This document shows positions 20,479-30,617 of a stretch of 64,000 bases of DNA, piece by piece. Made by a program: the position numbers and the translations under genes. The notes below the pieces were generated by a model that did not search any database, was not told where the DNA came from, and saw only the letters and a program-made list of their open reading frames with translations. This DNA comes from an uncultured Bacillota bacterium (lineage in GTDB: Bacteria; Bacillota_I; Bacilli_A; RFN20; CAG-631): NCBI GenBank assembly GCA_902491575.1, contig CABUID010000004.1:2627-66626 (forward strand). Reading direction: 5' to 3'. Each line of letters begins with the position of its first letter. Position 1 is the stretch's first letter.

Positions 20479-21624
20479 TCATAATTGCTTTTTTAATTCA
20501 ATAGAATATTTACAGGCAATGCTTAATATAATTATAACTAAAAATCCATTTATTGTAGATTCTGTTAAACCATTTATAAGAAGTATACACAACGCAATAA
20601 ATATAATCTTATGTCTATTGTCTTTAAAATCCAAATTTTTTATAGTTTTAAAAAATAAAATAGCAAAAAGCACTAAAGCGATAATTCCTCCTTCCATAAG
20701 AATTTCTAGAATGAAATTATGCGCTTCATAAATAGTTTGTTTTACTCCCCATGTATTAACATAAGATAACTCAACGCCTCGACCAGCACCAATAAACCAG
20801 TTATCCTTAATTAATTCTTCAGCAAGTTTCCAAATAGTTGTTCTTGAAGTTAATGTAGCATCTTTTCCTATAAAATTAGTAAATTTTTGCCAAAATTCTG
20901 TAAGCAAAAAAGAGTCCATAAATAAAAGAAATAAAGCATAAACTGTAAAAATAATTCCTAAATATAAACCTTTTTTAGGTTTAAACTTAATACTTAAAAG
21001 TAATAATAGTATTGTACATGAAGCAACAACTATTCCTGTTCCACTTGAGCCAATAAAAATAGTTAGTAAACTACTGATTACGACTATCACTGCAAATTTG
21101 CTTAATTTACCATATTTTTCAAATGAATTAATAATTACTAAAAATAAGCCTGGAATTAAAAATATACCTAACGCATTTTTTCCACCGATAAAATATTCAG
21201 TATTCACTGAATTTCTATTTATCAACATAACCAAAAAATTGATAACTAATGTGGCAATAATAATAATAAAAACCGCGCTTAACATGTCATCATAATAATC
21301 TGTTTGAAGCAAAGTAAATATTAAAACAGAAGCGACAATAACTGTAATAATACCAGGACTAATACCATTATTAAATATGCTACTAAAAAGAATTATAAAC
21401 TGGTATATGCCAAAAATTCCTATCGACCAATTTAATTTTATTTTCGTTGCTTTCATAATTAATAATATTAAAAGTATAGCTACCGATATGATTTGCCATG
21501 CCTGATAGATATTTGAACTTATTATATTTTTAATTCCTGAAAGACTTAAAAAAGGTATAATCAAAAAAATAAATAATAATATTATGAAATAATTACTTTT
21601 TCTTTTTACTTTTTCCATAATCAA
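20479..21624 (-). CDS. wzy: O-antigen ligase/Wzy-type polysaccharide polymerase.
   Basis: Polytopic membrane protein with a large periplasmic loop ('EAHNFILEILMEGG'), lying in the cps operon. Confidence 0.55.
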   Translation of the reverse strand: MIMEKVKRKSNYFIILLFIFLIIPFLSLSGIKNIISSNIYQAWQIISVAILLILLIMKATKIKLNWSIGIFGIYQFIILFSSIFNNGISPGIITVIVASVLIFTLLQTDYYDDMLSAVFIIIIATLVINFLVMLINRNSVNTEYFIGGKNALGIFLIPGLFLVIINSFEKYGKLSKFAVIVVISSLLTIFIGSSGTGIVVASCTILLLLLSIKFKPKKGLYLGIIFTVYALFLLFMDSFLLTEFWQKFTNFIGKDATLTSRTTIWKLAEELIKDNWFIGAGRGVELSYVNTWGVKQTIYEAHNFILEILMEGGIIALVLFAILFFKTIKNLDFKDNRHKIIFIALCILLINGLTESTINGFLVIIILSIACKYSIELKKQL

Positions 21625-22517
21625 TTACCTTTAGTCCTTTTTTTCAATTTTGTTTTCATAACTTGTCTTATTCTAAAATACCCTATCCCAAGGATAAAAT
21701 ATATTTGATTAATATTTAATAAACTAGCTGACTCCCTTATTTTTAACCCTTTGAGTTTTGAAACATAATAAAATTCACCACATTTGTTTAAGGAAGGAAA
21801 AAACGAGTGAGTTTCCAAAAATAATTTAGAACAATAAATAAATCCTAAAAAATTATTTGCATAAGTATTTTCATTAGTTTGTTTAGTTAATCCATCTTCT
21901 TTATATTCACATATATAAATTACTTCATTATACCATCTTATCTTAAGTCCATCTTTTGCAATACGATCCCAAACAGCAGATTCTCTTATAAAGTTTTCAT
22001 TTTCAAATTCAGGAAACGGATATTGTTTTAATACATCTGTTTTGTATATCTCTGCTTTATCCCCAAGTAAATTATATTTTTTCCTTTCCAAATTTGTGGC
22101 ATCAATGAAATATGATTGCGGTGAACCTCCAATTGTAGTATTCCCGTCAGCCTTTAACCCTGCAACTCCAGCAAATCCTTCCAATCCAGAAATATCTAAA
22201 ATCCATTCATGAACTTTTTCCACAGCATTTTCTGTAAGTTGATCGTCGCTATCAAGAATTAATAAATAATCATAATTTGCTAATGAGACAGCTCTATTTA
22301 CTGCGCGATGTTTTCCGCCATTTTTTTGTTTTTCATAAATAATAGAAAAATTATGTTCTTCTTTTAACCATTGTTTTACAATAGTTTCTGTTTCATCTGT
22401 CGACCCATCATCAATAATTATCCATTCAAAGTCTAGCAACGTCTGCTTTTTTAATGATTGATATGCTTTAGACAAAATATATGCCCTATTATATGTTGGC
22501 GTCACTATAGTAATCAT
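21621..22517 (-). CDS. Glycosyltransferase family 2.
   Basis: 'ITIVTPTYNRAYIL...IIDDGSTDETETIV...ILDSDDQL' shows DxD and GT-A signatures. Confidence 0.75.
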   Translation of the reverse strand: MITIVTPTYNRAYILSKAYQSLKKQTLLDFEWIIIDDGSTDETETIVKQWLKEEHNFSIIYEKQKNGGKHRAVNRAVSLANYDYLLILDSDDQLTENAVEKVHEWILDISGLEGFAGVAGLKADGNTTIGGSPQSYFIDATNLERKKYNLLGDKAEIYKTDVLKQYPFPEFENENFIRESAVWDRIAKDGLKIRWYNEVIYICEYKEDGLTKQTNENTYANNFLGFIYCSKLFLETHSFFPSLNKCGEFYYVSKLKGLKIRESASLLNINQIYFILGIGYFRIRQVMKTKLKKRTKGN

Positions 22518-22603
22518 ATCTTTTTACCTTACTTTCTATTTAAACCATAATAAATTTTTTTTGAACTGTTTATTACAAATATAGTTTGTTTTTTCTATGG
22601 TTT

Positions 22604-23401
22604 TCATATATTTATCCCCTTTGATTTTTTTAAATATTTCATTTTCCCTGCTTTCATTAACTTAATAGCTTTTATTGTCGATATATTTTCTTTATATAAA
22701 CTTCTTTTTCTTATTGCCCATTGACATATTAATAAAATAGTAAATGGTGTTTTCATTGCCGCAAATGATGCTCCCTTACCAATGAAATATTTTTCATTTC
22801 TCTTTGTAAACCAAGTTGAATCTCCTATATGCAAATCAGCAATTTCTTTTGGAATATAAAAAATTTTTAACTTTTTACGCAAGCATTGGAATAACAAAGC
22901 ATTTTCTTCTCCCATCATAAATTCTGTTCCTGCACCAATAACTTCATCAAATTGTATATTTTTTTCTACAAAACTAGTTCTTTTAAATGCAAGTTCTACC
23001 GATGCCATTTTCATTGAATTTAAATATTTTATTCTTTTTGCCTTTGTTGAATAATCTTTAAACTTTTTTTCTATTCCACATACTTGAAAACCTATAATAT
23101 CCACATTAAATTTTGAAAAAGCTGTTAAAACTATATTTACATAATTACTTCGATATTCCATATCATCATCCGCAAGCATACAAATATCTGCAGTAGCATT
23201 GCGAATTGCCATGTTTCTACTTTTACTTAATCCTCTTTCAGTTGTATCTATCCACAAAATAGTATGGTTATTATATTTAATTGATTCAATTTTTTCTTTA
23301 TTGCATTGATTGATTACTACCGCATCAGATGAGATTTTCATTTTTTTTAGCAGCGAATGATCTATTTGATTCATCGTTGAAATAAGAAGTTGTAAAGTCA
23401 T
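22604..23401 (-). CDS. GT-A fold glycosyltransferase-like protein.
   Basis: 'ICMLADDDMEY' is a DxD-like motif. The stop overlaps the upstream GT4 gene by 4 nt. Confidence 0.45.
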   Translation of the reverse strand: MTLQLLISTMNQIDHSLLKKMKISSDAVVINQCNKEKIESIKYNNHTILWIDTTERGLSKSRNMAIRNATADICMLADDDMEYRSNYVNIVLTAFSKFNVDIIGFQVCGIEKKFKDYSTKAKRIKYLNSMKMASVELAFKRTSFVEKNIQFDEVIGAGTEFMMGEENALLFQCLRKKLKIFYIPKEIADLHIGDSTWFTKRNEKYFIGKGASFAAMKTPFTILLICQWAIRKRSLYKENISTIKAIKLMKAGKMKYLKKSKGINI

Positions 23402-24600
23402 TGCACTTCACCTGCTATCATATTAATAATTTCTTGGTATGTTTTACTTCTGTCAAATCTTTCCTCTGCTAATCTTCGACTATTCATCCCCATTCGCTGA
23501 CGCGTTATCTCGTTTTCTATAAGAAAACGAATAGCTTTTGCCAATGATTGGACATCACCCGGGAAACACATCAAACCCGCATCATATTGTCTTAACAATT
23601 CTCCAAATTCTTGATTTTTTTGAACATTAATTATTGGAAGTGCTGCTGATACATAATCAGCATGTTTATTTATTATGCTCCCTGTTGCTTTGCCAACAAG
23701 GACATTAATTCCTATATCACATTTTACAAGGATCTTAATCATATTTTCATAAGTCAATCTACCAGTAAAGCGAACAGGGAGATGATTTTGCTTTGCATAA
23801 ATTTCAAATTTTTCTTTCATGGGACCATCTCCCATAATTAATAACTCTACTTTATCACAACCTTGTGTTATTAATAATTTCATTGCATCCATAACACCAC
23901 ATAAGTCATAGCTATGTCCAAGCATTCCTATATAGGCCATTGTAATAGGACGTAGTTTCCCTTTTAATGGTAACGCAGTTTTAGCTATTCTATCAAAATA
24001 ATTAATATCTGTACCAATAAATACGCTATGTCCCTTTATCATCTTAGAATTATTTTGTGTTGCTCTTTGAACATATGAATTTGAAACGGCAACTACCTCA
24101 CTTGCATTAAGATATGCAAAATCAATTTCTTTTTTCATTGGATACAATAATATTTTTGAAATAAAATTTGGCAAAAATATTTCAAATGCTTCTGGCCAAA
24201 GATCTAAAATATCAATTATTATACGAATATTGTTCTTTCTTGCAAACTTAACAACTTTTTTTGCCAAAAATGTAGGTGGGACAAATAGATAAATTACATC
24301 TGGCTTTGTTTGCTTTTTAAGATATTTAATGACATTTTTAGCAAAATGGCGATGAGCAAACAAACGCGAAAGTGAAATATTTTTTCTATAGGTTCCTTCC
24401 TCAAGCAAGGTCGCTTTGTAAGAAATATCCCTTAATACTTCAATTTCACTTCTTTGTTTTTTCGCGGTATGATAAAATTTTGAAGTAATCACTTCCACAG
24501 ATATTCCTTTTTTAACCGCAAGCGTTGCTATTGTATGATAACGACTACTTGTTTTTTCAACTGGAAAATGCCAATAATTAGATATAATAATTGCTTTCAA
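23398..24600 (-). CDS. Glycosyltransferase family 4 (GT-B fold).
   Basis: 'ISLSRLFAHRHF...' N-terminal domain plus C-terminal 'GDGPMKEKF...' GT1-type domain; 400 aa. Confidence 0.7.
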   Translation of the reverse strand: MKAIIISNYWHFPVEKTSSRYHTIATLAVKKGISVEVITSKFYHTAKKQRSEIEVLRDISYKATLLEEGTYRKNISLSRLFAHRHFAKNVIKYLKKQTKPDVIYLFVPPTFLAKKVVKFARKNNIRIIIDILDLWPEAFEIFLPNFISKILLYPMKKEIDFAYLNASEVVAVSNSYVQRATQNNSKMIKGHSVFIGTDINYFDRIAKTALPLKGKLRPITMAYIGMLGHSYDLCGVMDAMKLLITQGCDKVELLIMGDGPMKEKFEIYAKQNHLPVRFTGRLTYENMIKILVKCDIGINVLVGKATGSIINKHADYVSAALPIINVQKNQEFGELLRQYDAGLMCFPGDVQSLAKAIRFLIENEITRQRMGMNSRRLAEERFDRSKTYQEIINMIAGEVQ

Positions 24601-24604
24601 AATA

Positions 24605-25609
24605 TCACACTCCTAACAAATATTTTAATGGTTTCTTAATTTTCTTAAAAGGCAAAGCTCTTAAGACAATTAAAATAATAACTGGAATTAAATAACCCAA
24701 TATACTCATTGCAATTGCAGTAATTGCTACACTTAAATTCAAAAGTTGATAGAATAAAATGCGAACTAAAATCATTATAGGCCAATGCATAATATATATG
24801 CCAAATGAGAATGATGCAAGTTTTTCAAAAAATGGTGACAAAGATTCAATGGATGTAGAAATAGAAAGAAATGTCATTAAAATAAAAATACAAGGAATGA
24901 AATGTAATGGTTTTGTTTGCTCATACCAAATTAATGAAATAATAGAAAAAAGAATTGCACCACATATAAATCCTAATCGAAATCTTTTCATCACTATAAT
25001 AAATTTGTCACTTCTCATTTGCCCCAATAAACAACCAATAACGAAGAAAAGTAAATCCTTGTGCAAATCACTTAAAGCTAAAAACTCAGTATTTATAGGC
25101 AATATATAAAGGAAAATACAAAATACTATTGCAATTGTTGAAATCCACACTTTTTTTGTTTCAAATAGTTTTTGGAATAAAGGAGTAGCCAAATAAACTA
25201 TAAACAATGCTACCAAAAACCATGTATGTCCCCAAACGTTTTGGCGTGGAAAAACAAAAGCTTTTAATATATCTAATACATTGAATGACACTTTATCTGA
25301 AAGATAATCTTGAAATAAAAATTTAGGTACCCAAAAAATTATGTTCCAAATAAAATAAGGAAGTAATAGACGTTTTGACTTATTAAAAATAAATTTAATA
25401 TATGATTTTTCTCCTTGATATCCTTTAAATGATAATAAATACCCACTAATCAAAAAGAATAAAGGCATATGAAAAATATAAATCCACTCTTTTGAAAAGA
25501 TATACCAAGCACCTGTTGATTGAAGGCCATTTAATGAATGTCCTAACACAACAAAAATGGGACCTATAATTTGTAATAGACTTATATATGTAATTCTTTT
25601 ATTCTCCAT
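24605..25609 (-). CDS. Acyltransferase family 3 (membrane O-acyltransferase).
   Basis: 'ISLLQIIGPIFVVLGHS' N-terminal motif; ten predicted TM helices. Confidence 0.6.
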   Translation of the reverse strand: MENKRITYISLLQIIGPIFVVLGHSLNGLQSTGAWYIFSKEWIYIFHMPLFFLISGYLLSFKGYQGEKSYIKFIFNKSKRLLLPYFIWNIIFWVPKFLFQDYLSDKVSFNVLDILKAFVFPRQNVWGHTWFLVALFIVYLATPLFQKLFETKKVWISTIAIVFCIFLYILPINTEFLALSDLHKDLLFFVIGCLLGQMRSDKFIIVMKRFRLGFICGAILFSIISLIWYEQTKPLHFIPCIFILMTFLSISTSIESLSPFFEKLASFSFGIYIMHWPIMILVRILFYQLLNLSVAITAIAMSILGYLIPVIILIVLRALPFKKIKKPLKYLLGV

Positions 25610-26636
25610 ATTCTATCAAAGCCTTCCTTATGTTATTTTTTTCAAATAAAATAGTCAATTCATTAATTGTTTCACATGTTAATTCTACACTTTTTCCATT
25701 GCACATTTCACTTTTTTTGTTTCCTATTTCTCCAGGATAAAACACTTTCCCAGAAGCATGTACCTCATCTATATATTCATCCATTTGTTTATAAAATGAA
25801 TCTCCTAAAATTATCGACGGATTAATAGCTATAAAGGACTGTCCAACATTCATACATTTATTGTCATCTGAATAAAATCTATTTATATGATTCAAATAAC
25901 CTGCACCTGACAAAACTCCAGAAAGAATATCTATTGCCATAGCGATGGCATATCCTTTATGTTCAGCCATAGGCAAAATCATACCTTTAATTGCTTTTTC
26001 TGGGTCTGTTGTAGGATGTCCGTTTTCATCAACAGCCCACCCAATTGGTATTTTACCACCTTGTTTACGAATTTCATTTATTTTAGATTTGGCTACAATA
26101 CTCGTTGCCATGTCAATTAATATAGGGCTGTTCTTATCAGCAGGAATACCAATAGCAAAGGGGTTTGTTCCTAAAATTTTTATATTACCTCCCCAAGCAG
26201 GCATTGCTGAAGGGCTATTAGATAAGCATATTCCTATCATTTTTTGTGTTGTGGCCTTTTTAACATATCTAAAAGCTGCTCCAAATGTATTTGCATTACG
26301 GCAAAACACTGTATAAATGCCTGTTTGAAGAGCTTTTTCTAACGCAATTTCCATACATCTATCTGCAGAAACTACTCCTATTTGATTATTTGCATCTAAA
26401 ATTGTAAAAGATGGAGTCTGTCTTAAAATTATACTCTCCTCAGTCAAATTAAAGCCTTTATTTTGAATTTTTTTTATATACACAGGAAAAATAGATACGC
26501 CATGTGTGTGTACACCTCGCATATCTGCTTCAAGCATAGAATCAACTAAAGTTTCAGCTTGTTTTTCACTAACTTTATTTTTTTTTAATATTTCAATTAA
26601 AGCACTCTTTAATTCAATGATGGAATATCTTTTCAT
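25599..26636 (-). CDS. Ldh_2 family (malate/L-sulfolactate dehydrogenase-type) NAD(P)H-dependent 2-oxoacid oxidoreductase.
   Basis: 'MRGVHTHGV', 'LGTNPFAIGIP' and 'HKGYAIAMAIDILSGVLSG' are typical of PF02615. SD 'GAGGAAAA' precedes the ATG. Confidence 0.7.
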   Translation of the reverse strand: MKRYSIIELKSALIEILKKNKVSEKQAETLVDSMLEADMRGVHTHGVSIFPVYIKKIQNKGFNLTEESIILRQTPSFTILDANNQIGVVSADRCMEIALEKALQTGIYTVFCRNANTFGAAFRYVKKATTQKMIGICLSNSPSAMPAWGGNIKILGTNPFAIGIPADKNSPILIDMATSIVAKSKINEIRKQGGKIPIGWAVDENGHPTTDPEKAIKGMILPMAEHKGYAIAMAIDILSGVLSGAGYLNHINRFYSDDNKCMNVGQSFIAINPSIILGDSFYKQMDEYIDEVHASGKVFYPGEIGNKKSEMCNGKSVELTCETINELTILFEKNNIRKALIEYGE

Positions 26637-26642
26637 TTTTCC

Positions 26643-27335
26643 TCATTTCTCGATGTTATCCTTTGAATTTGTTTCGGATTCATCGTCTATATTTTCTGTT
26701 ATTACTGTAGTTTTAGAATTTGATTTTTTTTCTATAGTAATATTTTTATTTTCATTATCTGCATTCGAAAGTACTTTCCAAATTGTAATGAAAAAAATAC
26801 GTAAATCTAAAAGAAATGAAACATGTTCAGCGTAATAAACTCCCATATTAATACGATCAACCCACATAACATCTTTTCTGCCATGTATTTGTGCCCATCC
26901 TGTAACACCAGGGCGTACTTCAAACATTTTACGCTGCTCATCGTCATAGTCCTCAAACGGCCAGGGATGATAAGTAAGAGGTGGTCGAAATCCTATCAAG
27001 GACATATCTCCTTTTATGATATTTATTAATTGTGGTAGTTCATCAATACTTGTAGCTCTTATTACACGTCCAACTTTAGTGACTCTTGGATCACCTTTAA
27101 ACGAATATTGACCAGAGCCCTTATTTTCAGCATCTACACACATTGAACGAAATTTATAAATTGTAAATGGTTTCCCATGCCTTCCTAATCGTGTTTGTTT
27201 AAAAATTACTGGACCAGGTGTTTCTAGTTTTATAGCAATTGCAACAATCAAAAAAACAGGTGAAAGTAATATCAAAACTAAAAAGGAAAAAAATAAATCA
27301 AATAAGCGTTTTAAAAAATTTTTATATATTCTCAT
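26643..27335 (-). CDS. Undecaprenyl-phosphate sugar phosphotransferase (small PglC/WbaP-C-type priming transferase).
   Basis: 'LKRLFDLFFSFLVLILLSPVFLIVAIAIKLETPGPVIFKQTRLGRHGKPFTIYKFRSM...DELPQL'. 'AAAGGAG' lies upstream of the ATG at 27335; the track's TTG start falls inside the SD. Confidence 0.8.
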   Translation of the reverse strand: MRIYKNFLKRLFDLFFSFLVLILLSPVFLIVAIAIKLETPGPVIFKQTRLGRHGKPFTIYKFRSMCVDAENKGSGQYSFKGDPRVTKVGRVIRATSIDELPQLINIIKGDMSLIGFRPPLTYHPWPFEDYDDEQRKMFEVRPGVTGWAQIHGRKDVMWVDRINMGVYYAEHVSFLLDLRIFFITIWKVLSNADNENKNITIEKKSNSKTTVITENIDDESETNSKDNIEK

Positions 27336-28161
27336 TTTTATTTTTACTCCTTTTGACAATCTCTTCTACACATTTTTGAATATATTTAATATTATTCAAA
27401 AATGACTGAGTTTCATTTAAATCTATTTTTGTTTCAAATTCTCTTAATTTTTTTAAATTTTCCGAAAACGATTTTTCTAATTTCGAAATCTCAGAAAACT
27501 CTTCTATATTGCAAAAACTTCTCGACAAAATCGCTCTTGTAGACCCAAGTCTATAATGTTCCATAATAATACTTTCTGCAGGAAGTAATCCCTCACCAAT
27601 ACATGCGATTCCCCCAAAGCCATAAGGTATACCAGCTTTTTTAAATTTTTTACAAAGTGTTTCTACCAAACCATTTGCTAATAGTTCAAACATAAACGTG
27701 AGTCCATAACTAAGATGCAAATCATTCAAACCAATATGAATTTCATCGAAACCACCCATTTCAAGAACTTCATCAATACATTCTACTGCTTCTTTCGTTT
27801 CTAGCAAAAGAATTGTTTTAGTTCTATTTTTAACAAATTTGAGAAATTCTTTAACTTCTTTAGGCGTTTTCCACATTGGTAACATGATTAAATCTGCACC
27901 AGCAATTATTACCTGATTAATTTCTTTTTCAGAAGTTTCATTTAAAGGATTAATCCGTACAAGCATTTCTGAAGTTTCTAACAAATTAGATATAATTCTA
28001 ATATCCTGAATACAATGATGCGATTTCACTGTATTTATATTATGTTGCCGTTCTTCTTTACCAAGGACTTCGAGATCAACCCAAATTCTTTCAACACCAT
28101 TTTTTTCAGCAATCTTAGCAATTGCTGGATTGTTTGTTATATACATTAAAGTCAATGGCAT
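27322..28161 (-). CDS. HpcH/HpaI aldolase / citrate-lyase beta-like family protein (class II pyruvate aldolase fold).
   Basis: 'ITNNPAIAKIAEKNGVERIWVDLE', 'VRINPLN', 'AGADLIMLPM', 'LLLETKEAVECIDEVL...DEIHIGLNDL' match PF03328. The start is assigned to M22, which has an AGGA SD. It overlaps the PGT start by 14 nt. Confidence 0.55.
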   Translation of the reverse strand: MPLTLMYITNNPAIAKIAEKNGVERIWVDLEVLGKEERQHNINTVKSHHCIQDIRIISNLLETSEMLVRINPLNETSEKEINQVIIAGADLIMLPMWKTPKEVKEFLKFVKNRTKTILLLETKEAVECIDEVLEMGGFDEIHIGLNDLHLSYGLTFMFELLANGLVETLCKKFKKAGIPYGFGGIACIGEGLLPAESIIMEHYRLGSTRAILSRSFCNIEEFSEISKLEKSFSENLKKLREFETKIDLNETQSFLNNIKYIQKCVEEIVKRSKNKNENI

Positions 28162-28519
28162 CGTATCACGTCCTATCTTCAAAATAATGTGTGTTATATT
28201 CAAAAGTAAAATTTTACTAAACATTTTTCAAAATATACTGAAAAAAGTTATCTTGACAAATATTTTTCTTCCTATATTCTTTCTGCTTGTATGACTTACC
28301 TATTATACTAATAGGTATATTTAGACTTTAATAGTATGGCATATTTATTGGAATAATTCAATTACAATTAAATATAAGTTTGTATTTATCGTAATTATAA
28401 GAAAAAATCGATTTCAATGCAACCTACAAATGTAATTTAATTATGTAGATAATAGAAATGTATAAATCTTATTTCATCTATTACAATTATTTCACTTTAT
28501 GGAAAATATAAGTATCATT

Positions 28520-30460
28520 TTATGCTACAGGAATTTTTTCTTTTTTTGTTTGGTTAGACTTTTTATCAATAATTTGACGATTAAATTCTATATAATCTGT
28601 ATAACTCGTTACGACTTCTTTTAAGCAATTTTTAATTGCCTCATTATCTGTCATGGTGAAAACTTTACTAATAAACTTCATTTTCTCTTCCATAGGTAAA
28701 ATTGTTGTTTTTTCTTCGACAAAAATCTTTTCATTCGTTGTTTTCGTATTTTTTGTTACATCAAGAAGTAATTCTTCATATAATTTTTCCCCAGGTCTTA
28801 ATCCAATAAACACTATATCAATATCTTTATATGGAATAAGTCCACACTGCTTAATTACATTTTCTGCAAGTGTGACAATTTTAACAGGTTTCCCCATATC
28901 TAAAATAAAGATTTCTCCTCCAGTGGCAAAAGCTCCAGATTGTAAAATTAAACTCACAGCTTCAGAAACAGTCATAAAATATCGAATAATATCTGGATGC
29001 GTAATTGTAACAGGGCCCCCTTCTTCTATCTGTTTTTTAAATAAAGGAATCACCGAACCATTTGATCCTAATACATTACCAAACCGAACGGCAGAATAAG
29101 AAGTCGTTTCACTTTTTTCGTCCCAATAACGGATTACCATTTCTGCAAAAGATTTTGTTGCTCCCATTGTATTCGTTGGTCTAACTGCCTTATCAGAAGA
29201 TACTAAAACCATTTTCTCTACATGATATTTATCAGACATTTTCGCTACATTATAAGTTCCTAAACAATTTGTACGAATCGCTTCAACTGGTGAATCTTCC
29301 ATTAAAGGAACGTGTTTATATGCTGCAGCATGAAAAACTATATCTGGACGATATTTATTAAAAATTTCATCCAATCTAAATTCATTATAAGTTGATCCAA
29401 TTAAGGTAATTATCTCGATATCTTTACCGTCATGTTTTAATTTTCTAATTAATTCTTGTTGGATATCATATACTGCGTTTTCATATATATCAAACAATAT
29501 TAATTTCTTAACATTAAAATAATAACATTGTCTTGCTAATTCTGATCCAATCGTTCCACCTCCACCTGTAATCAATACAGTTTTATGGTTCAACCAATTT
29601 TGAATTTGCATAGTATCAAATGTTATTTGTTCTCGACCCAATAGTTCAGCTAAAGAAACATCTTTAATAAGCATTTTTTTCGTAGGATCTATCATTTCAC
29701 TTAATAATGGAAGTCGACGAATTTTAACATTTTCATTAGCAAGAAAAGCAATAATTTCATTAAGTTGTTTTTTATCCAATTTTGAAATTGCTATAATTAC
29801 TTCTTTTATTCCATACTTTTCAATAATTTGATGAGCATTATTTAATGGACCCACAACTGGTTTCCCTAAATATTTTTTACCAACTTTAGATAAATCATTA
29901 TCACCAAAACAGACTATTTTATTATTAAAAGCTGAATTGTTATGCATTTCATCATAAGCTATTTTACCAGCCACACCAGCACCAATTATCATTGTAGAAA
30001 CAGCATTTTTATTAGACGTAGTATAGAATTTAATAGTTCTTTGAACACATCTACTTCCAATCATTAAAATCGCTTCAAATGTTGAAATAAATGCAAACAT
30101 TAAAATAGAAAGTCTAGGAATAGAAGGAAGAATTTTATTCATTATAGCAGCGACAACATTTACAAATAAAATCAAAATACAAAATCGGATGGCGTCTCCT
30201 AAACCAAAATTATCTGTAATTATTCGATAACCTCCAAAAAAATAAAATACAAAAACATGAAATAAAGCCACACCACAAATAAATAATAAAGAAGGCAATT
30301 CTATATTTTTATATTGTATTAAATATCCTAAAATATAAGTAATCATAACAATTGCTATGTCTACAAAAATAAAAAGCAACATTTTTAATGTTCTAAAACT
30401 CATATATACCTTTTTATTTTTCATTTCCGTCATAAAATCAGTACCTTTCATTTTTTGCAT
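28520..30460 (-). CDS. capD: Membrane-anchored UDP-N-acetylglucosamine 4,6-dehydratase (CapD/PglF/EpsC family).
   Basis: Four N-terminal TM helices followed by two Rossmann motifs ('IGAGVAGK', 'VLITGGGGTIGSELARQ'). Length 646 aa. Confidence 0.85.
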   Translation of the reverse strand: MQKMKGTDFMTEMKNKKVYMSFRTLKMLLFIFVDIAIVMITYILGYLIQYKNIELPSLLFICGVALFHVFVFYFFGGYRIITDNFGLGDAIRFCILILFVNVVAAIMNKILPSIPRLSILMFAFISTFEAILMIGSRCVQRTIKFYTTSNKNAVSTMIIGAGVAGKIAYDEMHNNSAFNNKIVCFGDNDLSKVGKKYLGKPVVGPLNNAHQIIEKYGIKEVIIAISKLDKKQLNEIIAFLANENVKIRRLPLLSEMIDPTKKMLIKDVSLAELLGREQITFDTMQIQNWLNHKTVLITGGGGTIGSELARQCYYFNVKKLILFDIYENAVYDIQQELIRKLKHDGKDIEIITLIGSTYNEFRLDEIFNKYRPDIVFHAAAYKHVPLMEDSPVEAIRTNCLGTYNVAKMSDKYHVEKMVLVSSDKAVRPTNTMGATKSFAEMVIRYWDEKSETTSYSAVRFGNVLGSNGSVIPLFKKQIEEGGPVTITHPDIIRYFMTVSEAVSLILQSGAFATGGEIFILDMGKPVKIVTLAENVIKQCGLIPYKDIDIVFIGLRPGEKLYEELLLDVTKNTKTTNEKIFVEEKTTILPMEEKMKFISKVFTMTDNEAIKNCLKEVVTSYTDYIEFNRQIIDKKSNQTKKEKIPVA

Positions 30461-30617
30461 AACACTATTAATAAGTTAATAAATATTATTAACTTTTATT
30501 AATCATATCATAGAATCGTGTTAGATACAATTTAAATAATTTGGAAAACTACGTAATCCGAATATTTATAATCACTTTTATGAATGAAAGCGTTAACAAA
30601 AAAACTTAGACCATTGT

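Noticed and set aside
20519-21295. Two + strand ORFs (70 aa, 65 aa) inside wzy.
   Set aside because: Antisense to a polytopic membrane protein gene; Ile/Lys-rich artefacts of AT-rich sequence.
24759-26835. + strand ORFs (116, 123, 109 aa) across the acyltransferase, Ldh_2 and PGT genes.
   Set aside because: Antisense shadows of tightly packed operon genes.
27322-28224. Considered whether the aldolase-like protein is a NeuB/KdsA-type ulosonic acid synthase or a PEP mutase.
   Set aside because: Those families have different signature motifs. The 'RINPLN...LLLETKEAVE...IHIGLNDL' pattern fits HpcH/HpaI (PF03328) better. Profile confirmation is still needed.
28653-29099. 148-aa + strand ORF inside capD.
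   Set aside because: Antisense to the Rossmann-fold region of CapD.
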